Source: Gaiellaceae bacterium (GTDB lineage: Bacteria; Actinomycetota; Thermoleophilia; Gaiellales; Gaiellaceae). Taken from it: 64,000 nt of DNA. Location: assembly GCA_050697555.1 (NCBI GenBank), contig JBOHAD010000002.1, positions 10,464 to 74,463 of the forward strand, in the 5' to 3' direction. Below the pieces are notes generated by a model. It worked only from the letters and a program-made list of their open reading frames with translations, searched no databases and had not been told where the DNA came from. Positions 52,763-61,454 of this stretch are shown in pieces; positions within the stretch are counted from its first letter, which is position 1, and each line of letters opens with the position of its first letter. The position numbers and the translations under genes were made by a program.

Positions 52763-53146
52763 GTGACCGACGTTCGCTCCACTGAGGAGTTCGTCGCGCT
52801 CGGACATGCCGGCTCCGAACACTACGCCGGATTGGAGACGTTCGAAAATCCGGGCGTTACGCGCGTCGAGATGACGAGCGACGAGCTGACCGCGGTCTGC
52901 CCGATCACGAGACAGCCGGACATGTACGTCGCAACAATCGAGTACAGCCCACAAGCGCTCTGCCTCGAATCGAAGTCGCTCAAGCTGTACCTCGCCCGGT
53001 ACCGAAACGAGGGCGCGTTCTGCGAAGCCCTGGCCGTGCGGATCCGTGGCGACATCGCGGAAGCGCTCGAGCTCGAGACGAGCGAAGTCAGGGTGACGTT
53101 GAGGCAGAAGGCGCGCGGCGGCATCACGGTCACGGCAACCGCCTGA
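52763..53146 (+). CDS. queF: NADPH-dependent 7-cyano-7-deazaguanine (preQ0) reductase, unimodular type
   Basis: TAVCPITRQPDMY (catalytic Cys) and the QueF signature ESKSLKLYL. Confidence 0.88.
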   Translation: MTDVRSTEEFVALGHAGSEHYAGLETFENPGVTRVEMTSDELTAVCPITRQPDMYVATIEYSPQALCLESKSLKLYLARYRNEGAFCEALAVRIRGDIAEALELETSEVRVTLRQKARGGITVTATA

Positions 53147-53196
53147 CCTCGGCGGAGGGAAAGGCAGGGGCGACCTCGGGCCGCGCGCCCATTCGC

Positions 53197-53640
53197 CTAA
53201 CTCGAGGCGATCTGCCCGCGGATTTGGCCGGCGCCATTCTTCGGCGTGTGGCTATTCACGTAGGTGCCGCCGCCGAGGATCTTCTTCATCACGGCTGCGG
53301 ACGCGCCTTCGAGCGCGCGCTGCTCCCACGTGACCTAGTTGAGGTCGCGGGTGTTGACGACGAGCACGATCAGGCGCGGGTCGCCCCAGCGCTGCCAGTA
53401 CTTGGCGATCGTGATCAGTTCGTTCGGCCCGTTCATCTGCATCGCGCCGTCGCCGATGAGCGCGATTGCGACCCGGTCGGGACGGGCGAACTGGCTGCGA
53501 TCGCGTAGGGGACGCCAGGACCCATCGTCGCGAGCGTGCCCGAGAGCGACGCCATCATCCCGCGCCGTAGCTTGGGGTCGCGCGCGAACGCAGTCCGGCT
53601 GGATTCCGGGTAGGTACTGAACATGTCTGCGATCAGCGTG
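53197..53640 (-). pseudogene. C-terminal relic of a thiamine-pyrophosphate enzyme (pyruvate oxidase/PoxB-like)
   Basis: GTLATMGPGVPYAIAA / VAIALIGDGAMQMNGPNELITIAKYW...LIVLVVNTRDLN-TAG-VTWEQR. There is one frameshift (about 53480), one in-frame TAG (53335..53337) and no N-terminal domains. Confidence 0.7.
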
Positions 53641-53827
53641 CTCTGGCTCGTAGGGCGATGGCTGTCCTAGCGATCGTTGTCGTTGCCGTCATCTTCGCCG
53701 TCTCAGGCGGAGGCGATGGCGAAGGCCCGTGCGGATCCGACGACGCGCGCGCCTTGACGGGAAGGGTCGCGCGCTCGTACTCGTCCGGGGCGGGCTGCGA
53801 TGCGGCGGCGGCCTGTCCCCGGACGGT

Positions 53828-54010
53828 TCAAGACTCGCCACGGATGATCTGCGCTACCCGTTGACGCGTGACGCCGAGAGTCCGGCCGATGGTCGCCAGG
53901 CTCGCGCCCCCTCGTGGGCGGTGCTGATCGCCTCCCGGTATTCGCGGCGGGCCTCGGCGAGGGCGGCCTCGCGCTCTTGGATGCGCTCGGCCGCTCGACG
54001 AATTCGGGCA
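53828..54010 (-). pseudogene. small HTH protein, frameshifted
   Basis: EAQLLARIRRAAERIQEREAALAEARREYREAISTAHEG is in one frame and GASLATIGRTLGVTRQRVAQIIRG in another. The shift is at the C5/G5 run near 53908. Confidence 0.4.
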
Positions 54011-54301
54011 AGGAGTTGGGCCTCGGTCGGACCGGCAGGCGGCGCGCTTGCAGGAGCAGCGCGACGTGCTCAGGGCCGGCGAGCCCGTCCGCTGCAAGTG
54101 CTGCCTCCCCATGATCGAGTCGTCCCGCGAGGCCGCCGAGAAGCACCGGACGCTCGTCCACGCCGGCGACGGCGAGCGACAGTGGGGCGCCGCCCCGACG
54201 ACTACGAGGAGGCCGCCGAGTGACCCTCTGTCCGCCGGAACTACTAAGCTCGATAACACGCGAGCCGCAGATGCATCCGATGATGCTCTTATGCTGCACG
54301 T

Positions 54302-57236
54302 GTGCTCTCAGTAGCTAAGCTGACGCCGGGGCAGGAGGCCTACTACGAGCGGGCCGTGGCCGCCGGCCTGGACGACTACTACGCCGGCAAGGGTGAGTCA
54401 CCGGGGATCTGGGCCGGTGCGGGCGCGGCGAGCCTCGGGCTCGAGGGAGAGGTGGAGAAGGGTGAGCTGGGTTCGCTCGTCCGCGGCAAGCACCCGCAGA
54501 CTGGGGACGAGCTTCGCGCCCACGTGAAGGCGCGTACGATCACGGTCGAGCGGATCGACGCCGAGTCGGGGAAGCGCTGGCTCGAGGAGAAGAAGCTCGC
54601 ACCCGTCGCGGGCTTCGACCTGGTCTTCTCGACTCCCAAGAGCGTCAGCCTCCTGCACGCCCTCGGCGAGGAGGAGACCCGCAGCGCGATCGCCGAGGCG
54701 CACCGCTGCGCCTGGCAGGCGGCGCTTGCCTACCTGGAGGAGGAGGCCTGCGTCACGCGCCGGGGGAAGGACGGGTTCATCCGCGAGCGCGGGGGCGGCT
54801 TCGTCGCGGCTGCCTACCAGCACCGGACGAGCCGAGCGCAGGACCCGCACCTACACACGCATGTGATCGTCGCCAACATGACGCAGAGTCCCTCCGACGG
54901 CGAGTGGCGGGCGCTCGACGGGGAGGCGATTCTCAAGACCTGCCGGCTCGCGGCCGGTTACCTGTACGAGGCGCACCTGCGTTTCGAGCTCTCCACCAGG
55001 CTCGGGCTCGAGTGGGAGAAGCCGGAGAAGGGCTGGGCCGAGCTCGAGGGTGTCCCCCGGGCCGTGATCGACGCCTTCTCGACCCGGCGGGCGCAGGTGG
55101 TCGGGCATATGGGCGAGCAGGCGACCTCGGGCTTCTACGCCGCCCAGGTGGCCGCGGTGGCGAGCCGCGAGCGGAAGGAGGAACTCGACCTTCCGCGCCT
55201 CAGGGAGGAGTGGGCCGCCCGCGCCACGGAGCACGGCCTCGACCAGAAGGAGCTCGAAGGGCTCCTCGACCGCTCTCCCTACCGCGAGCCGAGCCCGGCC
55301 GGGCTGGTCGCGCTCGCCGAACGCATGCTCGGCCCCGAAGGGCTGACGGAGAAGCGAAGCGCCTTCTCGACGCCCGAGCTCGTGATGGCCTGGGCGCAGG
55401 CACACGCTCAGGGCGCTGCGGTCGAGCGCATCCGCTCCCTCTGCGCCCGCTTCCTCGAGCTACCGGGCGTCGAGCGCGTGGCCGAGACTCCCGCGCCGGG
55501 GCGGGCGGCCTACTACTCGACGGCCGAGCTGCTCCGGATCGAGCGAGAGGCGCTCGCTCTCGTCGAGCGCAGGCACGGCGCCGACGCCTCGGCCGTGCCC
55601 GCCGCCGATCTCGACGAGCTCCTGCGAGAGCCCGCGGGCCGTCCCCTCTCCCCGAGCAGGAGCGCATGGTCCGCGCGGTCGCGGGCAGCGACGACCGCGT
55701 GGTCTCGGTTGTCGGGCTCGCGGGCGCCGGGAAGACGACGGCGACGCACGAGCTCGCGTCTGCCTTTGCCGCAGCCGGGATCCCGGTGCTCGGGGCCGCT
55801 CCCTCCGGGATTGCCGCCGAGCGTCTGCAGGACGAGAGCGGCATCCCGGCAACGACACTCCACCGCCTCCTCGCCGGGGCGCGACGGGCAGGCGGGCTCC
55901 CGAAGGGCTGCGTCCTCGTCGTCGACGAGGCGGGGATGGCGGAGACGCGCGTGCTTGCCCCGCTGCTCGCGCTCGTCGAGGAGGCGGAGGGGAAGGCGGT
56001 GCTCATGGGCGACCCGCGCCAGCTCCCCGCCGTCGGCGCGGGCGGCCTCTTCGCCGCCATCGTCGAGCGCCACGGCGCGATTCAGCTGCGCGAGAACCGA
56101 CGCCAGCGGGACGAGCTCGAGGGAAGCGCGCTCGCGGCCCTCCGCGGCGGCCTGGGGCGCGAGTACCTCGCCTTCGCCGAGCGGAACGAGCGCCTCGTCC
56201 TCTCGGAGGGTCCACAGGAGACGAGGGCGCGGCTCCTGGCCGACTGGTGGGAGGCGGCGAAGGAGGACCTGCCGCGAAGCGTCATGATCGCCCCCGGCGC
56301 GCCGACGTGGGCGAGCTGAACGCGCTCGCGCGCAGGCTGATGGAGAGAGTGGGGCGGCTCGGGCAGGAACGCCTAAGCGTCGGCGACCTCGAGCTTCGGG
56401 CCGGCGACCGGATCGTCTGCCGTCGCAACTCGGACGCGCTCGGCGTTCGCAACGGCACGCTGGGTACGGTCGCGGGCGTCCACCCCGATCGGGGGGCGGT
56501 GACGCTGGCCCCAGACCGCGGCGGCGAGGTGGAGCTTCCCCGCCGCTACCTGGAGGCCGGGCACGTCCAGCACGCCTACGCGCTCACCGGACATGCCGGG
56601 CAGGGCCTCACGGTCGAGCACGCCTTCGTGCTCGGCTCCGACCGCGGAAGGCTGCAGGAGTGGGGCTACGTCGCCCTCTCCCGCGCCCGCAAGCAGACGC
56701 ACCTCTATGTGACGGAGACTGTCGGAGCGCGGGAGGCCCACTTCCACGAGCTGGACAAGCGCGATCCGGTGACGCGGCTGGCGCAGGCGCTTGAGGAATC
56801 CGAGGCCGAGCGGCTGGCGAGCGAGCAGCGACCGCTTGGTTCGGGCCCGCCCCGCGGCACACGCCCGGTCATCACGCGATCGCCGCCGGCCGAGCGCGAG
56901 CGCTCGCGCCTGCGCCTCCTCGACAGGCGAGTGCGGGACACGGCGCAACTACGCGCCCGCGCCCAGCGGCGGCTTGACGCGGCGGAGGACGGACTCGCCG
57001 CTCTCGGCTGGCGCGGCCGCGGCGGCCGCGGGCGCGGGCTGCGCAGTGAGATCGCGCGCGAGCGGAGCGCGCTCGCCCTCGCGGAGGAGAAGATCGTCGA
57101 GCTCGCGCGGGAGCGGAAGCAGGTGCTCGAACGCCTCACCCTCGCCGAGCAGGCGCCCCTCCGCGGGCGCCGGCCCGAGATCGCCGGCCGTGAGTACGCG
57201 CCGGAGCGGCAGCTCAGCCTCGACCTCGACCTGTAG
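54302..57236 (+). pseudogene. MobF/TrwC-TraA-type conjugative relaxase-helicase, two frameshifts
   Basis: Relaxase N-terminus (AYYERAVAAGLDDYY, GFDLVFSTPKSVS, YQHRTSRAQDPHLHTHVIV). The P-loop helicase (VVGLAGAGKTT, VLVVDEAGM) is in a second frame after about 55652. The C-terminus (AYALTGHAGQGLTVEHAFV) is in a third frame after about 56295. Confidence 0.85.
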
Positions 57237-57242
57237 GGAGCG

Positions 57243-57764
57243 CTACAGCTCGAGCTCGAGCGTGTGCCCCAGTGAGCGTTCCAGCTCGTGCAGGCGGCGC
57301 ATGCCGAGCAGGAGCTCCAGGTCCTGCTCGCGCCCGCGAGCGGCAAGCATGCGGGAGAGGTCGTTGATCGAGGCGACGTCGGCACGCACGCCCTGGCCGA
57401 GGTATTCGCGGCGGGCGCGGCGGCGCAGGTCGTCGTAGCCCTTCGTCCCAGTGGGGGTGGGGACGATCTTGAGCTCGCCCCGCTCCGTGCGGAAGGGGAT
57501 CACCTCCTCGCCGCGGGCGATCCGCTCGGCCAGCGGGGTCTTCCTGCGATCCCTCGCCTGCGCGCCCAGGTAGTCGACGGCCGCTTCCACCCGCTCGAGG
57601 TTCTTCTCGCGCAGGGAGGGTGTGATGTCCACGCCGCGCGAGAGCTCGTCCGCGCCCTGGAGGACGCGCGCGAGACCTCCCACGAGCACGTAGCTGACCG
57701 CCTTGCGCTCGAAGGCGGCCACGATCGCGAGCGGATCGAAGCGCTCCTCAGCCACGGCGTCCAC
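57243..57764 (-). CDS. nucleotidyltransferase-fold protein (AbiEii/MNT-like)
   Basis: YVLVGGLARVLQGADELSRGVDITP resembles the minimal NTase hG[GS]...D.D strand-turn motif, though the second acidic residue is absent. It overlaps the upstream HTH gene by 17 nt. Confidence 0.5.
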   Translation of the reverse strand: MDAVAEERFDPLAIVAAFERKAVSYVLVGGLARVLQGADELSRGVDITPSLREKNLERVEAAVDYLGAQARDRRKTPLAERIARGEEVIPFRTERGELKIVPTPTGTKGYDDLRRRARREYLGQGVRADVASINDLSRMLAARGREQDLELLLGMRRLHELERSLGHTLELEL

Positions 57765-58062
57765 CCCCTCTGCCGATGTCGGCCTCGACCGCCTTCACGA
57801 GCTGCTCCAATCTCCGCTCGGGCGAGAGCTTGAGGTTGGCGGTCAGGCGCTCGTTCCTATTCGTCTCGTAGGGGACGAGCACGAGCTCGAGGTCGAAGCC
57901 GCAGGCACGCAGCAAGTCGACGAGCGTCTCTACGGAGGGGGAGACGACCTCCTGTTCCCAGCGGGCGATCACGGCCCGGTCGCGGCCCGTGCGCTCGGCC
58001 AACTCGTGCTGGGTGAGGCCCGCCCGCAGCCTCGCCTCCTGCAAGAGCGCGCCGCTCTTCAT
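57748..58062 (-). CDS. XRE-family HTH transcriptional regulator
   Basis: LLQEARLRAGLTQHELAERTGRDRAVIARWEQ. Confidence 0.85.
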   Translation of the reverse strand: MKSGALLQEARLRAGLTQHELAERTGRDRAVIARWEQEVVSPSVETLVDLLRACGFDLELVLVPYETNRNERLTANLKLSPERRLEQLVKAVEADIGRGGGRRG

Positions 58063-58084
58063 GAGGGGAGTCTAACCCGACGAG

Positions 58085-58372
58085 TTGATGTCGTCATGTG
58101 ACGCAGATATGCTTCATCAGCTTCCGATGGCTCAGGCACTCGCGCCGGCGCTCAGTCCCTACCTCCTCGTCGAGGACGTCGCCCGCCGCCTGCGCTGCTC
58201 CCGCCGGACCGTGCACGAGCTCACCCGCACCTGCGCCATCCCCCACCGCCGCCTCCCCGGCGGGCGGCGCTGCCTCTTCCGCGAGGATGAACTCGAGGCC
58301 TGGGAAGGCGGCACTCCGCTCGAGGTGATCGAGACTGCTCGCGGCGGTAGAGTCGTTCGGCCGAAGAGCTGA
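58085..58372 (+). CDS. excisionase-family (MerR-like HTH) DNA-binding protein
   Basis: LLVEDVARRLRCSRRTVHELTRTCAIPHRRLPGGRRCLFREDELEAW. The start could be 58109 or 58127. Confidence 0.8.
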   Translation: MMSSCDADMLHQLPMAQALAPALSPYLLVEDVARRLRCSRRTVHELTRTCAIPHRRLPGGRRCLFREDELEAWEGGTPLEVIETARGGRVVRPKS

Positions 58373-59530
58373 TGGCGAGCCTGCAGGCCAGACACAGCCG
58401 CACCTGTGCCCTCGGGAAGCCGTGGACGCCCTTCGAGCGCGCGAGCGAGGGATGCTCGTGCCCGGGCGGCGGGCCCACCTACTACGTCGTCGTGCGCGAG
58501 GGACGGAGAGTGCATCGAGAACGGGCAGGCCAAGAACCGCCGCCAAGCCGAACGGGCACTGACCAAGATCCAGGCCCACGTCGACGACGGCGACTTCCGA
58601 CCCCAACGCACCATCCGCTTCGCCGAATGGGGCGAACGCTGGCTCCGCTCGCTCGAACGCAAGGACAACACGATTCGCTCGTATGTATCGACCATCGCTT
58701 ACGCCTCCGAGGCATTCGGCGACAAAATCGTTCGCCAGCTGACGCCCGCCGATGTCTCCGCCTTCAATCGGCTCCTGCGCGACCGCGGCATTGCGACCTC
58801 GACACGGGCCAAGCACCTGCGGGTCCTTGGCGCCTGTTTGAACTCGGCAGTCCAGCACGGCTACGCGGCCCGTAACCCGGCGCGCGACCTCCCCAAAGCC
58901 GAACGGCCACGTCCATCACGCAAGGAAGCCGCGTACTTCGAGAACGAGGAGCTTCCTCGACTCTTCGCCGAGGTTGAGCCGGGCGTCTTTCGAAGTCTCT
59001 TCCTCGTCGCTCTCAAGACCGGAATGCGTCAAGGAGAACTCACCGCGGTGACCTGGAACGATGTCGACCTGTCAGCAGGGGTGATCCGCGTGCGTAGCTC
59101 GTACACGGCCGGCTTTCTTTCCCCACCGAAGAACCACGAGCGTCGTGACGTCGATCTCACCGCAGACGTCGTCGAGCTCCTCGGTGAATGGTGGGGAGAG
59201 TGCGGGCGACCCGGCGACAACGTGCTTGTCTTCCCGGGCGACGGAAAGCGGGGTTACGTCGTCGACTCGACCATCCGCCGGCGGGAGCTCTATCCGGCCA
59301 TGGGGCGCGCCGGCGTCTCGCGAGTGGGGCCAACGGGCGAGTTGCGGACCTTCCACTCGTTCCGCCACACGTTCGCGAAGCGCGCGCTTGAGAACGGCGC
59401 TCAGATCACCTGGCTCAGCCGCCATCTCGGGCACTCGTCTCTGAAGGTCACGACGGACGTGTACGGACACTGGGAGCGCGCCGAGCGGAAGCGACAGGCT
59501 GAGCTGCTCCTCGGAGCCTTCGGCGTGTAA
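58372..59530 (+). pseudogene. tyrosine recombinase/integrase, frameshifted near 58531
   Basis: The N-terminus (MASLQARHSRTCALGKPW...CSCPGGGPTYYVVVREGRRVHRERAG) is in frame 1. The remainder (KNRRQAERALTKIQ... FHSFRHTFAKRAL...LGHSSLKVTTDVYGH, with R..H.R..Y catalytic contexts) is in frame 2. Confidence 0.85.
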
Positions 59531-59585
59531 CCGGCCGAGATCCGCCGACGACCCGAGGCGCATCTGAGTGATTTCGTACTACTAC

Positions 59586-59596
59586 GGTACGCGCAC
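59586..59596. repeat. GGTACGCGCAC arm-type 11-mer
   Basis: Identical to the tandem pair at 35730..35751. Confidence 0.5.
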
Positions 59597-59657
59597 GCCT
59601 CTGGAACGCGTCGTAGGACTGAGTCGAATGTATCTGTTTGCAGGAAGATTCGAGAGA

Positions 59658-59729
59658 TGGCCCCGGGAGGAGTCGAACCTCCGCACGCGGATTCGAAGTC
59701 CGCCGCTCTATCCGCTGAGCTACGGGGCC
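59658..59729 (-). tRNA. tRNA-Arg(TCG)
   Basis: Acceptor GGCCCCG/CGGGGCC, D-arm GCTC-AGCGGATA-GAGC, anticodon arm GCGGA-CTTCGAA-TCCGC, T-arm GGAGG-TTCGACT-CCTCC, discriminator A. Confidence 0.93.
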
Positions 59730-59757
59730 ATTCGCCTGAGTGTAGCCGCGGCCCTGC

Positions 59758-60789
59758 TCAGGCCTTCGCCGGCGCTTGGAGCTCTTCCTCGGCCGGCTTT
59801 CCCTGGCGGAGCTCGCGGCTCCGCTCCGCCTCGGAGTTGATCTCGGCGCCCAGGAGAAGCGCGAGCGCGGAAAGCCAGAGCCAGGTCAGCATGACGATCA
59901 CGGCCGCGAGCGAGCCCCAAGCCTTGTTGTACGAGCCGAACATGCTCACGTAGACGGCGAAGAGGCCCGAGGCGACGAGCCAGACGAGGCCCGCGAAGAC
60001 CGCTCCGGGCGTCAGGAACTGCCAGCGCGGGTGGTCGACGTTCGGGCCGAGGTAGAGGATCCCGGCGAAGGCGAGCAGGAGGCCGAGCACGAGGATCGGC
60101 CACTGGAGCGTCCACCAGATCCAGCCGAAGGCGCTCTCGAGCCCGAGGACGCCGCCGAGCCAGTCCGCGATCACGGGCCCGAGGACGAGCAGGCCGAACG
60201 AAAGGGCGAAGGCAAGGAGCATGCAGGCGAGCATTGCGAGCGCGGTGATGCGCTGCTTGAGAAAGTTGCGCGTCTCCTTGCGGTCGTAGACCCTGTTCAG
60301 CCCGCGCATGAGGCCGGTCATCGCGCCAGTCGTCGTCCAGAGCGCGAGGAGGAAGCCGAGCAGCACCATGGCGAGCCCACCGCTCGAGTTCTCCGTCATG
60401 CGCGTGAGGCTCTCGCGAAGGAGGTCGATCGCGTCGGCGGGGACGACCCCCTGGAGGCGCTCCATCGCCGAGTCCACGGTGCCCGGCCCCGCGACGAGGC
60501 TGAAGATACCCACCGCGACGAGGAGCGCGGCCGGGATGGCCAGGAACGCGTAGTACGCGAGCGCGGCCGCGACGTCCGTGACGCCGTCGGCGAGCGCCTC
60601 CTTGCCGGCACGCACGACGATCGCCTTGTAGTCCCGCCGCAAGAGGTCCGAGAGCGAGGGATCGCGGAGCTCCGGCTCCCGGCGCTCGGGCTGCGGCCTC
60701 GGCGCTTCGTCAGGGAGCGTGCCGTTTCCGCGGCGCACCTGCGGACCGTTCGGCGCGCTCCGCCGCCGCTTCCTGCCGAGGATTCCCAT
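59758..60789 (-). CDS. YihY/BrkB family membrane protein
   Basis: AAALAYYAFLAIPAALLVAVGIFSL plus 6 TM, and a typical C-terminal YVSMFGSYNKAWGSLAAVIVMLTWLWLSA. Confidence 0.88.
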   Translation of the reverse strand: MGILGRKRRRSAPNGPQVRRGNGTLPDEAPRPQPERREPELRDPSLSDLLRRDYKAIVVRAGKEALADGVTDVAAALAYYAFLAIPAALLVAVGIFSLVAGPGTVDSAMERLQGVVPADAIDLLRESLTRMTENSSGGLAMVLLGFLLALWTTTGAMTGLMRGLNRVYDRKETRNFLKQRITALAMLACMLLAFALSFGLLVLGPVIADWLGGVLGLESAFGWIWWTLQWPILVLGLLLAFAGILYLGPNVDHPRWQFLTPGAVFAGLVWLVASGLFAVYVSMFGSYNKAWGSLAAVIVMLTWLWLSALALLLGAEINSEAERSRELRQGKPAEEELQAPAKA

Positions 60790-60825
60790 GGCGTCCGTCT
60801 ACCCCGCGGCTATCGTTTCTCACAC

Positions 60826-60910
60826 GCGGGCGTGGCGGAACTGGCAGACGCGACGGGTTTAGGTCCCGTTGGGCCGCAAGCCCTTGGAGGTTCGAGTCCT
60901 CTCGCCCGCA
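60826..60910 (+). tRNA. tRNA-Leu(TAG)
   Basis: Acceptor GCGGGCG/CGCCCGC, anticodon arm ACGGG-TTTAGGT-CCCGT, long variable arm, T-arm GGAGG-TTCGAGT-CCTCT. Confidence 0.93.
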
Positions 60911-61025
60911 CCTCGAGTCACGAGCCCGGTTGCCCGCGAACAGTCATACTGAGAACAACCAACGTGCTCCCTCCGCCTCTCTGACTCATCGGCCACTGGG
61001 GTCGGAGAGCAGAAAGGGGGGCTTC

Positions 61026-61232
61026 ATGCCACCCGAGGAAATGCAGATGCACGGCGTCGAACATCCTGCGACTCACCTCGAGGAGAGGGTACTGGGCGAG
61101 CCGCCAACGGTGATGCTCCGCGTTCCGATCGAGAGCAAACTGGGGCTGGGGCCCAGCGATCCCGACAGCGCCAGGCCGCGGATTGCGGAGCCGACGCCCG
61201 GCAAACGGGCGCGCCGCCGCCGCCGCCTCTGA
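61026..61232 (+). CDS. hypothetical small protein
   Basis: The ATG is preceded by AAAGGGGGG. 68 aa with a basic C-terminal tail. Confidence 0.4.
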   Translation: MPPEEMQMHGVEHPATHLEERVLGEPPTVMLRVPIESKLGLGPSDPDSARPRIAEPTPGKRARRRRRL

Positions 61233-61259
61233 CTCGCGGGTGCGCAGGAGCTCGACGGA

Positions 61260-61454
61260 GTGAGTGACGGCGCGCCGACCAGGCTCGAGCTGATCCTCGT
61301 CAACGGCGAGAGCCGTTCCATGACGCTGCCTGCTCACACCGGTTCTCTCGGAAACGTCTTCGATCGCCTCGACGACTGGATCCAGACCGACGACGGCGGC
61401 TGGGTGCAGAAGAGCTTCGTCGTCGAGGTGCGGCCCGCCGCACCCGCGCATTAG
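61260..61454 (+). CDS. hypothetical small protein
   Basis: 64-aa ORF with protein-like composition (LELILVNGESRSMTL...WVQKSFVVEV). Confidence 0.4.
   Translation: MSDGAPTRLELILVNGESRSMTLPAHTGSLGNVFDRLDDWIQTDDGGWVQKSFVVEVRPAAPAH

Larger units (their letters stand above)
35581..59729. mobile_element. 24-kb integrated element (ICE/IME-like genomic island) in tRNA-Arg(TCG)
   Basis: 47-bp direct repeats at both ends. Tyrosine integrase and excisionase lie next to the tRNA, and a MobF-type relaxase is present. The same arm 11-mers lie inside both ends. Confidence 0.8.

Noticed and set aside
54048-54314. 88-aa plus-strand ORF with a CKCC motif upstream of the relaxase
   Set aside because: It has no recognisable family, overlaps alternative-frame ORFs on both strands in a region with evident indels, and cannot be supported.
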